Assembly: GCA_050745885.1 (NCBI GenBank)
Contig: JBOGLD010000112.1
Coordinates: forward strand, 11,386-75,385
Direction of reading: 5' to 3'
Origin: Terriglobales bacterium
GTDB taxonomy: Bacteria > Acidobacteriota > Terriglobia > Terriglobales > Acidobacteriaceae
Length of the DNA stretch: 64,000 bases
The translations under genes and the position numbers were made by a program. Shown piece after piece: positions 55,646-63,983 of this stretch. Position 1 is the first letter of the stretch; each line of letters opens with the position of its first letter. The notes beneath the pieces were generated by a model. That model saw only the letters and a list, made by a program, of their open reading frames with translations, made no database searches and was not told where the DNA came from.

Positions 55646-57205
55646 ATGTGTGCAACTGTCCCTATAGCCGCTGCCCAATATCTGCGGATGTCAACCGAAC
55701 ACCAGCAATATTCGCTGAACAATCAGGAATCTGCCATACGTCAATACGCCGACAAGTACGGATTCTCCGTCACCCAAACCTACACCGACGCTGCCAAAAG
55801 CGGTGTCGTGCTGAGGCGGCGATCCGGCCTTCGACAGCTATTGCAGGACGTGATGAGCGGACACGCCCCCTTCAAACTGATTCTCGTCTATGACGTGAGC
55901 AGATGGGGGCGATTTCAGGACAACGACGAAGCTGCCCATTACGAGTTCATGTGCAAGGCTGCGGGGGTTCCAGTTCACTACTGTGCCGAAGTCTTTTCTA
56001 ATGATGGAAGCACGCCAAGCTCAGTCATGAAGGCATTGAAGCGAAGCATGGCAGGTGAGTATAGCCGAGAACTTGGAGTAAAAGTGCTCGCGGGGCACAA
56101 ACGTCTCGCCGGACTGGGATTCAAACAAGGCGGCGCTCCAGGCTATGGACTGCGACGAATGCTAGTCTCACCTGACAGACTTCCAAAACAACTACTGGCC
56201 CACGGAGAATGCAAGAGCATTGCTACCGACAGGGTAGTCCTAGCCCACGGCCCACGCCACGAAGTGCAGTGCGTTCGGGACATTTATCGGATGCTGCTGT
56301 CGGAGGGGCGTACCGTGCATTCGATTGCGGGAGAGCTAAACAGAAACGGGGTCCCGTATGTAAACGGTGTGGACTGGGACCACTTCGCTGTTAAGGCGAT
56401 ACTCACTCATCCCAAATACATGGGATGCCATGTCTACGGTCGGACGTCCCAACGGCTTTCCGCACCGGTAACAAGGAACCCCACGTCAGAGTGGATTCTG
56501 ACTCCAGGCTCGTATGAACCAATCGTGGATTCTGCGACCTTCAGAAAAGCCCAGCAGGTCTTGCTTCGGAGGACCATCAATAAGTCAAACGAGGAACTCC
56601 TGGATGAGTTGCGTTTTCTGCTCGCACAGAAAGGCAGATTGTCACTGACTCTGATGAAAGCATTTGCCCTACCTTCGTCGTCCACCTATCGACAGCGCTT
56701 CGGAAGTGTGCGCCGGGCGTATGAACTCATCGGGTATCGCACTGCCAGAACCGTATCAATGTTGGACACGCGCGATCGTACCCAGGCATTGCGCGAGGAC
56801 TTGATAGGGCAACTGCTGAAACTTTTTCCACGAGAACTGACGGCAATTCAAGAGGCGACACGATGGCGCAAGCGATTGCGCCTGAGAACGGGGCGGCAGA
56901 TTTCCGTTCTGGTTGCCAGGGCAGTTCGACCGTGGATAGGCGAGACTCGTTGGCAAGTTGACCCTGTGCTGAAGGAACGTCGTCTTGTCACGTTGCTGGT
57001 ACGTTTGGACGTTCACAACAGAGCAGTTCAGGACCTTTTTGTGCTCCCCAAGATAGATCGCACGACTCGGTTCACGGTGCGATTGGATGACGGCCTGCTG
57101 TGTACTGGTCAGCGCCTTGAGAGGCTGTCCGAGTTTCGGTGGGTGGTAAACCGAGTTTTACAGAGGTGCAATGAATTTGACCGCAACAAAAAGGAAATGG
57201 CATAA
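55646..57205 (+). CDS. Large serine recombinase, copy 2 (divergent from copy 1)
   Basis: AGGAGA lies 8 nt before the ATG at 55646. It is collinear with copy 1 along the whole length (AAQYLRMSTEHQQYSLNNQ...TDAAKSGVVLRRRSGLRQLL...ILVYDVSRWGRFQDNDEAAHYEFMCKAAGVPVHYCAEVFSNDGSTPSSVMKALKRSMAGEYSRELGVKV). Confidence 0.9.
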   Translation: MCATVPIAAAQYLRMSTEHQQYSLNNQESAIRQYADKYGFSVTQTYTDAAKSGVVLRRRSGLRQLLQDVMSGHAPFKLILVYDVSRWGRFQDNDEAAHYEFMCKAAGVPVHYCAEVFSNDGSTPSSVMKALKRSMAGEYSRELGVKVLAGHKRLAGLGFKQGGAPGYGLRRMLVSPDRLPKQLLAHGECKSIATDRVVLAHGPRHEVQCVRDIYRMLLSEGRTVHSIAGELNRNGVPYVNGVDWDHFAVKAILTHPKYMGCHVYGRTSQRLSAPVTRNPTSEWILTPGSYEPIVDSATFRKAQQVLLRRTINKSNEELLDELRFLLAQKGRLSLTLMKAFALPSSSTYRQRFGSVRRAYELIGYRTARTVSMLDTRDRTQALREDLIGQLLKLFPRELTAIQEATRWRKRLRLRTGRQISVLVARAVRPWIGETRWQVDPVLKERRLVTLLVRLDVHNRAVQDLFVLPKIDRTTRFTVRLDDGLLCTGQRLERLSEFRWVVNRVLQRCNEFDRNKKEMA

Positions 57206-57650
57206 CATGCAAATTGGAATCTCGTTGGGATCGTGGCGTTCGCGACTGCGAGGCTATGACAGACGGCCCACACCGCGTTGCCCCCGACCTTTGCACCGGC
57301 TTATGCGGTCTCGTAGCGTCGTACGGCACACTCGGATCGCTCTTTATCGTGCTCCCCCGATCCGAAGGGCCGGGAGAATACGAAGTCCGTATCTTCGAAA
57401 CCCAACCCGCACGGCCATTTCAAGCAGAGCGTCTCCACGGGCGCGAGGCGATGTAACAAAATAGTAGGGGGCAACAGGGGCGCAGCCGAATTGTTCCCGA
57501 AGGATACTCCCCCCAAACCATTTTGACCCGGTTTCCAGCCACCCTCAAGGGTCACCCAAAAGCGGCCAATGAGGGTCACTTCAAAACCGGCCAACGAGAA
57601 TAGGGCTGGGGACGTTGATTCCGATGGAAGGCACGGTAGCCTTCGTCGGC

Positions 57651-59318
57651 ATGAGCAACGTCTTGAGCGAAGAGAAACGACAACAAGTTATAGCCCTGGG
57701 ACGACTCGGATGGCCTTTGCGGCGCATCGAGCAGGCGACCGGGGTGCGTCGAGAAACTGCCGGTGCCTGCCTGAAAGCAGCTGGGATCGCGGTGCGACCG
57801 CCGGGTGCGTGGGGACGGCGACCGCCGGCAAAACCGGCCAACGAGGTGACCACCGGGTCGGATGCGGCAGCCCCATCCACGGTCAACCTCAACCCCAACC
57901 CCGAAAACCTTTCTTCTACGGGAAAAGCAAAAGCAGAACCCGCAAAAGCGGCCAACGAGGTGACCACCGGGTTTGGCGTGGAGTGGAGCGTTCCCCGAAA
58001 AGAAGACGCCAAGCCTGCTCCCTCCGTGAGCGCCTGCGAACCATTCCGTGACGCGATCGAACTGGGGCTGAGCCGCGGTCGCAATGCGGTGGCGATTTGG
58101 CAAGACCTGGTTTCCGAGAGTGGATTCCGCGGAGGCTATCAGACCGTCAAACGCTTTGTCCGCAAACTCCGCGGGAGCCAGCCCCCGCAGCCACGCGCGG
58201 TGATCGTCACCGCGCCAGGAGAAGAGTCCCAGGTCGATTACGGTCAGGGGCCGATGGTACGCGATCCCCAGAGTAGAAAATATCGTCGCACTCGATTGTT
58301 CGTTATGACGCTCGGTTGCAGCCGCAAAGCGGCACGCTTCCTGATCTTCCGATCGAGTTCGCGCATCTGGGCAGAGCTGCACGAGAAAGCATTCCGTCGA
58401 CTCGGTGGCAGCACGCGCGTTGTCGTTCTCGACAATTTGCGCGAAGGCGTGCTCGTCCCCGACATCTACGATCCCACCCTCAATCCTCTCTATCGCGACG
58501 TGCTGGCGCACTACGGCGCCGTCGCCCTGCCTTGCCGAATCAAAGATCCTGATCGAAAAGGAAAAGTTGAATCCGGCGTCGGGCACGCCCAGCGAGCGCT
58601 CCAGGGAAAACGCTTCGAGAGTTTGGAGGAAGCGCAAGCTTACCTCGATCGTTGGGAAACCACCTGCGCCGATACTCGCATCCACGGCACCACCAAACGG
58701 CAGGTGGCCGTCATGTTTGCCGAAGAAAAACCAGCGCTGCTTCCGCTGCCTCTGGAACCGTTTCGCTACTACCAGCATGGCCAGCGGGTCGTGCATCTGG
58801 ATGGTTGCGTCGAAGTCGAAGCCGCCTACTATGGCCTGCCGCCGGGCTGGATCGGACGACAAGTAAACGTGCAGTGGGACGAACTCTTCGTTCGCATCCT
58901 CGATCCCAAGACCGGCCAGTTGCTGCGCGAGCATGTGCGCCAGAAGCGCGGCTGGTATCGCATCCAAGAAGAGGATCACCCAAAACACAGACCCCTACGC
59001 GTCTCTCAGTTACTGTGGCGAGCCGGCCGCGCTGGCACTCAGATCGGCGTACTCTGCAACCTTATTTATAGCCAGCAAGGAGAGCCCGGCATTCGCCGCA
59101 TCCTGGGCCTCCTCTCGCTGGCGAAGAAGTTCGGCATCGCCGCGGTCGAGGATGCTTGCACAGCGGCTCTCGAAATGGGAGTGCACGAATACCGCTTTGT
59201 CCGCCGCTATCTCGAACGCGGTCCCCAACTGACCCTGCGGCAAGTCGATCCCCTCATTCGCGAGCTGGTTCACTATCGCGATCTCATCCACCAAAGAACA
59301 CAGGAGCAAGAGGAATGA
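57651..59318 (+). CDS. istA: IS21-family transposase IstA
   Basis: HTH N-terminus (LSEEKRQQVIALGRLGWPLRRIEQATGVRRETA), then a DDE integrase core (ESQVDYGQGP...VVLDNLREGV...DPDRKGKVESGV). The start is uncertain; 57615 TTG, 57624 ATG and 57651 ATG are candidates. Its stop overlaps the istB ATG as ATGA. Confidence 0.85.
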   Translation: MSNVLSEEKRQQVIALGRLGWPLRRIEQATGVRRETAGACLKAAGIAVRPPGAWGRRPPAKPANEVTTGSDAAAPSTVNLNPNPENLSSTGKAKAEPAKAANEVTTGFGVEWSVPRKEDAKPAPSVSACEPFRDAIELGLSRGRNAVAIWQDLVSESGFRGGYQTVKRFVRKLRGSQPPQPRAVIVTAPGEESQVDYGQGPMVRDPQSRKYRRTRLFVMTLGCSRKAARFLIFRSSSRIWAELHEKAFRRLGGSTRVVVLDNLREGVLVPDIYDPTLNPLYRDVLAHYGAVALPCRIKDPDRKGKVESGVGHAQRALQGKRFESLEEAQAYLDRWETTCADTRIHGTTKRQVAVMFAEEKPALLPLPLEPFRYYQHGQRVVHLDGCVEVEAAYYGLPPGWIGRQVNVQWDELFVRILDPKTGQLLREHVRQKRGWYRIQEEDHPKHRPLRVSQLLWRAGRAGTQIGVLCNLIYSQQGEPGIRRILGLLSLAKKFGIAAVEDACTAALEMGVHEYRFVRRYLERGPQLTLRQVDPLIRELVHYRDLIHQRTQEQEE

Positions 59319-60070
59319 ATCTCATCGAGTTAAGTCGTGCTTTAACGCAATTACGGCTGGGCGGTATCGCCGCCGTGCTCGAAACCCGTCTCCGCCAAGC
59401 CCAGGCGGAGGCCATGACTCCCATCGACTTCCTCTCCTGCCTGGTCTCCGACGAACTCACTCGTCGCGGTGAACGGCTGCTGGAGCGGAGAAAAAAGCAG
59501 GCCGAGTTTCGTGACCCGCTGAAGAGCCTCGACAACTTCGACTTCAACTTCAACAAGAAGATGAATCGCAGTCTGGTCTTCGACCTCGCCACCGGCGCCT
59601 TCATCGCTCGCCACGAAGACGGTTTATTTTTAGGCCCGCCCGGCACAGGCAAAAGTCATCTCGCACAAGCCATCGGACACGCGGCCATCCAACAGGGCTT
59701 TCGCGTGCTGTATCGCGAGACCCACAAACTGCTCGACGACCTGGCCGAAGCCACCATCGACGGAACCCGCAAGGAGCACATGGAACTGTTGGCGTCGGTT
59801 CCGCTCCTCATCATCGACGATCTGGGCATGCGGAAGTTGCCCGTCACCGCCGCTGAGGAATTCCTGGAGATCGTGATGCGACGCTATGAGCGCGGCAGTA
59901 CGTTGCTCACCTCCAACCGACCGGTGGAGGACTGGGGCAAGTTGTTGGGCGACAGCGCAGCCGTCACCGCCATGCTCGACCGCCTCCTCCACCACGGACA
60001 TGTGCTTAAATGCGGTCCGCGCAGTTGGCGCACAAAAACAGACTTGTCCCCACAGGACGCGACAGGGTAA
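59315..60070 (+). CDS. istB: IS21-family helper ATPase IstB
   Basis: Walker A (GPPGTGKSHLA) and Walker B (LLIIDDLG) motifs, with a typical IstB C-terminus (DRLLHHGHVL). Confidence 0.9.
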   Translation: MNLIELSRALTQLRLGGIAAVLETRLRQAQAEAMTPIDFLSCLVSDELTRRGERLLERRKKQAEFRDPLKSLDNFDFNFNKKMNRSLVFDLATGAFIARHEDGLFLGPPGTGKSHLAQAIGHAAIQQGFRVLYRETHKLLDDLAEATIDGTRKEHMELLASVPLLIIDDLGMRKLPVTAAEEFLEIVMRRYERGSTLLTSNRPVEDWGKLLGDSAAVTAMLDRLLHHGHVLKCGPRSWRTKTDLSPQDATG

Positions 60071-60226
60071 AACAAACTGAGTCCCCGGCCCCTTCCGTTG
60101 GCCGGTTTTGCCCTGACCACCGTTGGCCGATTTTAAGGTGACCCCTGAGGCCACTTGTAATATTCCCGACTCGAACCTCGTCAACCGGCCGCTCTGTTAA
60201 GATTTTTCTAGTCGAGGGGGGAACTC

Positions 60227-60580
60227 ATGGCAAAGCCAGAGGGACTCGTGTCTGTAGTCTCGCAATTGAGGGTAGAACGAACAAGTCTGGTAAACCAGCT
60301 TAGACAGGTGGTTGCGGCTCTTTCAGTTCTCGGAAGGTTAAATGGTGGGCATTCCGGTGCCAAAGCACGACGTACGATGTCGCCTTCTGCGCGCAAAAAG
60401 ATTGCTGCTGCCCAGAAAGCACGCTGGGCGCGGGTCAAAGGGCGGCGGAACCTTGTTCCAATTGCCCGGGGCAAGAAGTCTAAGCGCTCAATATCGGCTG
60501 CGGGCCGCAGGAAAATCGCGGCGGCTCAGCGAGCACGATGGGCAAAGGTGAGAGCGAAGCAAGAGGAGAAGGCTGCTTAG
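60227..60580 (+). CDS. Small basic protein with coiled-coil N-terminus and two RKKIAAAQ+ARWA+V motifs (paralog of 18004..18240)
   Basis: 117-aa ORF with GAGGGGGG before the ATG. The N-terminus is nearly collinear with the 18004 ORF. The C-terminal basic motif is duplicated (SARKKIAAAQKARWARVKG and GRRKIAAAQRARWAKVRAK). Confidence 0.7.
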   Translation: MAKPEGLVSVVSQLRVERTSLVNQLRQVVAALSVLGRLNGGHSGAKARRTMSPSARKKIAAAQKARWARVKGRRNLVPIARGKKSKRSISAAGRRKIAAAQRARWAKVRAKQEEKAA

Positions 60581-60929
60581 CCGTCATCGCGCGGGAGGCT
60601 ATTGGCCTGCCGTTTTGTAAGCGCCGGGCGGGATTCGGGTCATCCGACCCGCAAGATTGAGGTGCATTGGCGCCGATTGCCGAACTCTGACGACTGACGG
60701 CCGATGCAGTCGGCCGCCGATTCTTCCGAGGCCCGTCGCTTCGCCCCGGAAATCGGAAGGAAGATTGCATGCAGCTCCCAAACAAGCCGAGTTCTGGCTC
60801 GTAAATCCGAGCCTTTCCAGAAGCTCGCGTTCTATTGAGATTGAGCATATTTTTGGTGCCTGATTGTCGGCCCAAACGACCGAACCAAGGACGCACCGGC
60901 GGAGCACAGGAGGCGCCTGTTGCGTAGCG

Positions 60930-61619
60930 TCAGTTCTCAATGACAACAGCAGTCATTTCTGCATCAATGAAAGTAAACGTCACCCTAGGCCCCTCCTGCA
61001 CATTTAGCACCAAGGGAGGACGGAAGCAGCCGATACCGACGCCATCTTTGTGCCGTACGCTCGGATACACGATCCCTGCTGAGCCACAGGTCAACAGTCT
61101 AAGTCCAAGTGTTTGGGAGGCAGCGTAGCTGTTCGGGTCTAAGCAGTCCACAAAATCTGGATCTCCCCGAATGTCATGAAATTCATGTCTGAAATCGGCG
61201 AGATAATCGATGTATGGAGAGACCTCTTCAGCTTTCCATCCGGCTTCTTTCAACTCGGCGGCTCTATGAAAGGCGACTTCCGTTCGTGCGGTTTGCATTT
61301 CGAAAGCCGCATACCAAGCTCCTCGTCCCATGCTATTGAACCGTCCTCCAAACGGATGCGCGTGAGTGAAGGACGCATTAACTATATGCGCAAGGCGGAA
61401 GCCGGAAACTAGCTCAATAGCGCTTACGCCAGGTAGCCTGCCACTCTCGCCAAGCAATCTATCGTTCGTGGCGCCCTCCAGCTCCGTGAGGTCGCTGAGC
61501 AGATCGTCGTCGTCTTGTGCGAGAAGATTGAGGATTGGCCTACCACGATCACTGTAACGACACGGGATAAGACGATGAGTCTTGTCCCGATCCACTTTGA
61601 TCTGCTTCGGAGATTTCAT
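60930..61619 (-). CDS. RES-domain toxin (Xre/MbcA-RES/MbcT-type type II TA)
   Basis: The Arg-Glu-Ser signature context is present (HPFGGRFNSMGRGAWYAAFEMQTARTEVAFH ... GIVYPSVRH). The ATG at 61619 overlaps the antitoxin stop as ATGA, so the track start at 61745 is probably too far upstream. Confidence 0.8.
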   Translation of the reverse strand: MKSPKQIKVDRDKTHRLIPCRYSDRGRPILNLLAQDDDDLLSDLTELEGATNDRLLGESGRLPGVSAIELVSGFRLAHIVNASFTHAHPFGGRFNSMGRGAWYAAFEMQTARTEVAFHRAAELKEAGWKAEEVSPYIDYLADFRHEFHDIRGDPDFVDCLDPNSYAASQTLGLRLLTCGSAGIVYPSVRHKDGVGIGCFRPPLVLNVQEGPRVTFTFIDAEMTAVVIEN

Positions 61620-62050
61620 CTGCCGCCACGACGTGCGTCCAACAGTTGGCGAACTCTCAGAAAAGCAGGTATGCCGCCCTTCTTCACGTATTTGAGGGGC
61701 GAGTCGCCCCCAAACATTGGATTCGTGTTCGGCAGCCCTATCCAAGCATCTGCGAGCTTCTGGCCGTAAAGAATGTTCAGTGCCTTATATATCCCGATCA
61801 AAAGCGAAATTCGGGTGAGCTGATCTTCATTCAGTGTCTTGGTAGCTCGATTCTTCAGTGTGTAGAAACTGCCACTGGATATTCCGCCAAGCAAAACTCG
61901 GGTATCTTCATCCCGTAATTTCCAATGCATCGCGATCCGAAGAAGGCCTCTGATTGCAGCCGGACTGAGTCGGGTTCGATTCTCCTTTCTCGACAGATCG
62001 ACGGCTGTATCCCACGAGAAACCAACAACCGGCTGTTGCATCGTAACCAT
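61616..62050 (-). CDS. Xre/MbcA/ParS-like antitoxin (DUF2384-type) of the RES toxin
   Basis: The C-terminal domain motif is present (DQLTRISLLIGIYKALNILYGQKLADAWIGLPNTNPMFGGDSPLKYV). The ATG at 62050 is preceded by GGAGA. The longer track ORF extends into an AT-rich leader. Confidence 0.75.
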   Translation of the reverse strand: MVTMQQPVVGFSWDTAVDLSRKENRTRLSPAAIRGLLRIAMHWKLRDEDTRVLLGGISSGSFYTLKNRATKTLNEDQLTRISLLIGIYKALNILYGQKLADAWIGLPNTNPMFGGDSPLKYVKKGGIPAFLRVRQLLDARRGGR

Positions 62051-62361
62051 AGGGTATCTCCATTTATGACTAAATATTACTCCAAAGTTGATAAACACAC
62101 AAGCTATTTTATATTGTCTATATAAATAGTTTGTTTTCAATGGCTTCGGCAAAAATATGAATCCCGCAGCCTGATTGCCGAACCACCGATCTTGTTTGAT
62201 CCATGGGTTCGATTTGTGGGGCCAGCGGTGTGCGAGATTGCAAGAAAGCAGTCGCTTCACCTGCTGTGGACTCACGGCCTGTCAGTCGGGATCACGCAAG
62301 AATAGGGTGGCGCACCGATCAGGAGTGGCATATACTTACGTATATGCCAGAGAGGGAGAAC

Positions 62362-62589
62362 ATGCAACGCAAAGCCAAAATCTTCATGAATAACCGCAGT
62401 CAAGCCGTCCGCTTGCCAAAGGAGTTTCAGTTCAGGACGCAGGAGGTGTTCATACGCCGAAAAGGAAGCGAGGTGGTCTTGTCTCCGCGGCCGTTTGATT
62501 GGACTTCCTACCTGGCTGAGGGGCCTGCTGCATCCGCGCATTTTATGGAAGGGGTTGAAGATCTGCCTGTTCAGGAGCGTGAGCCGTAA
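62362..62589 (+). CDS. vapB: VapB-type antitoxin (AbrB/SpoVT-like fold)
   Basis: The sequence reads MQRKAKIFMNNRSQAVRLPKEFQF...VFIRRKGSEVVLSP. GGGAG lies before the ATG at 62362, and the stop overlaps the vapC ATG by 1 nt (TAATG). Confidence 0.8.
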   Translation: MQRKAKIFMNNRSQAVRLPKEFQFRTQEVFIRRKGSEVVLSPRPFDWTSYLAEGPAASAHFMEGVEDLPVQEREP

Positions 62590-62999
62590 TGCCGTGCTAC
62601 ATGCTGGACACAGATACTTGTTCTTACATCATGAAGCGCTCGAACGATGCGGTTCTCAAACGCCTACAGAAGGTTCCTGTCAGTGATGTGTGCATCTCTG
62701 TAATCGCGAAGTCGGAACTCCTGTTCGGGGTCGAAGTGTCTCCGCGAAGGCGGCAGGATGAAGCGGCCCTGAGTGCCTTTCTAGGGTACGTCGAGGTTCT
62801 GGATCTTCCCGACATAGCATCTCAGCATTATGCCCAGATTCGCGCCGGCCTGAAGACTGTAGGGACGATGATCGGGGCCAACGATTTGTTCATTGCCGCC
62901 CACGCGCGAAGCCTGGGATTGACGCTGGTTACGAATAATACGCGAGAGTTTGCGCGAGTTCCTAAGTTAAAGATCGAAAATTGGACATCGGTTCCCTGA
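62589..62999 (+). CDS. vapC: VapC-type PIN-domain toxin
   Basis: PIN acidic residues appear in the typical context: YMLDTDTCSYIMK, ...SELLFGV..., GANDLFIAAHA, LVTNNTREF. Confidence 0.85.
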   Translation: MPCYMLDTDTCSYIMKRSNDAVLKRLQKVPVSDVCISVIAKSELLFGVEVSPRRRQDEAALSAFLGYVEVLDLPDIASQHYAQIRAGLKTVGTMIGANDLFIAAHARSLGLTLVTNNTREFARVPKLKIENWTSVP

Positions 63000-63043
63000 T
63001 CAATGCTCGCATCGAAAATAGGCGCCGACGCCTGAGCAACCCT

Positions 63044-63063
63044 GTGTGCGAGTTGTGTGCCAT
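63044..63063 (+). repeat. 20-nt motif TGTGTGCGAGTTGTGTGCCA, repeated at 63964-63983
   Basis: The two copies match at 19/20 positions, and each lies downstream of a PIN-toxin gene (45 nt and 72 nt after the stops). The motif is internally a TGTGTGC direct repeat. A partial match, GTGTGCGAGATTG, occurs at 62228-62240. Confidence 0.6.
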
Positions 63064-63233
63064 GTTCGGGAATACGAAGATGTTGCCAAATGTCGCGTTG
63101 AATTGGTCCGCGATTCTCTCAACGGTGACGCCTCAGGCCGATCAGTCGTTACGATCGCGTTGAAACCAATCCCCTTTCAATCAGCCCTAGCTAAAGTAAG
63201 GAAAACATAGTAAAGTAAGGAATTGAGGGCATC

Positions 63234-63473
63234 ATGCAAAAGCAGGCGACTATCACAAGTAAAGGACAGATCACCGTGCCGCGCGAAGTTCGGAGGGCGC
63301 TGGGAGTTCGAAGTGGGGATAAATTGCTGTTCGAAACCGATGGCAAAGGAGTACGGGTTCGGCCGGTGAGAAGCAAGAGCGCGTTCTCGAAGTATCGCGG
63401 AATCGGAAACCCCGAAATTCCATCTGGAAAGAATGGCATCAGAAAATGGTTGCGGGGAATGAGGGGAGAATGA
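63234..63473 (+). CDS. AbrB/MazE/SpoVT-family antitoxin
   Basis: The sequence reads TITSKGQITVPREVRRALGVRSGDKLLFE. Its stop overlaps the next ATG as ATGA. Confidence 0.8.
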   Translation: MQKQATITSKGQITVPREVRRALGVRSGDKLLFETDGKGVRVRPVRSKSAFSKYRGIGNPEIPSGKNGIRKWLRGMRGE

Positions 63474-63892
63474 CTACCGCCGTCGACACGAACATTGTTA
63501 TCGCGCTATGGGACAAAGACGCTGCCACCAGTTTGGCCGCGCAAAACGCTCTGGATGCGGCGTTTCATCGAGGGACCCTTGTCGCGGCTGCTCCCGTGTT
63601 CGCTGAGTTAATCGCCGCTCCGGGTCGGAGCGAAGCATTCGTTGGTTCCTTTTTTGAAGAGACGGGAATAGGAGTGGACTGGGAGTTGACGGAGCAAATA
63701 TGGCGCTTGGCGGGACGAGCCTTTCAAGCCTACGCGGAACGGCGCCGGAAGCAGCGTGATGCTGGCGCGCGTCGTATTCTGGCGGATTTCGTGATTGGCG
63801 CCCACGCTGCAGCAAACGGTTGTCGCTTATTGACCCTCGACGATCGCCTTTATCGGGCGGCTTTTCCGACCCTTGCAGTAGAGACTTTCTGA
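63470..63892 (+). CDS. PIN-domain toxin (VapC-like)
   Basis: The motifs AVDTNIVIALW, ...PVFAELIA..., ILADFVIGAHAAANGCRLLTLDDRLY are present. The ATG at 63470 is preferred over 63446. Confidence 0.8.
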   Translation: MTTAVDTNIVIALWDKDAATSLAAQNALDAAFHRGTLVAAAPVFAELIAAPGRSEAFVGSFFEETGIGVDWELTEQIWRLAGRAFQAYAERRRKQRDAGARRILADFVIGAHAAANGCRLLTLDDRLYRAAFPTLAVETF

Positions 63893-63963
63893 GATTGTCC
63901 CTTGCGGCAGTCCCTCGGCAGTCCCTTAACCGGATACATACGACTCTAACCCATCGCCTTAAT

Positions 63964-63983
63964 TGTGTGCGACTTGTGTGCCA
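63964..63983 (+). repeat. Second copy of the 20-nt motif (TGTGTGCGACTTGTGTGCCA)
   Basis: See 63044-63063. The flanking ~12 nt are also loosely similar (CATGTTCGGG versus CACATTTGTGG). Confidence 0.6.

Larger units (their letters stand above)
57543..60150 (+). mobile_element. Complete IS21-family insertion sequence (istA-istB) with terminal inverted repeats and a 4-bp target duplication
   Basis: The left end CCTCAAGGGTCACC matches the reverse complement of the right end CCTCAGGGGTCACC at 13/14 positions. Each end carries two ~22-nt subterminal repeats of the form GGTCAC-N-AAAA(C/G)CGGCCAA(C/T)G, at 57550-57571 and 57574-57596, and inverted at 60096-60118 and 60121-60143. CCAC flanks both ends (57539-57542 and 60151-60154). 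Confidence 0.85.

Noticed and set aside
57214-57456. An 80-aa ORF between recombinase 2 and the IS21 left end.
   Set aside because: There is no ribosome-binding site and no recognisable motifs. It overlaps an alternative ORF in another frame and its composition is typical of spurious GC-rich ORFs.
60165-60177. GGTTCGAGTCGGG on the minus strand, just outside the IS21 right end, considered as a tRNA T-arm or att site.
   Set aside because: The flanking bases do not form a T-stem and no acceptor or CCA context is present. It is probably a chance resemblance.
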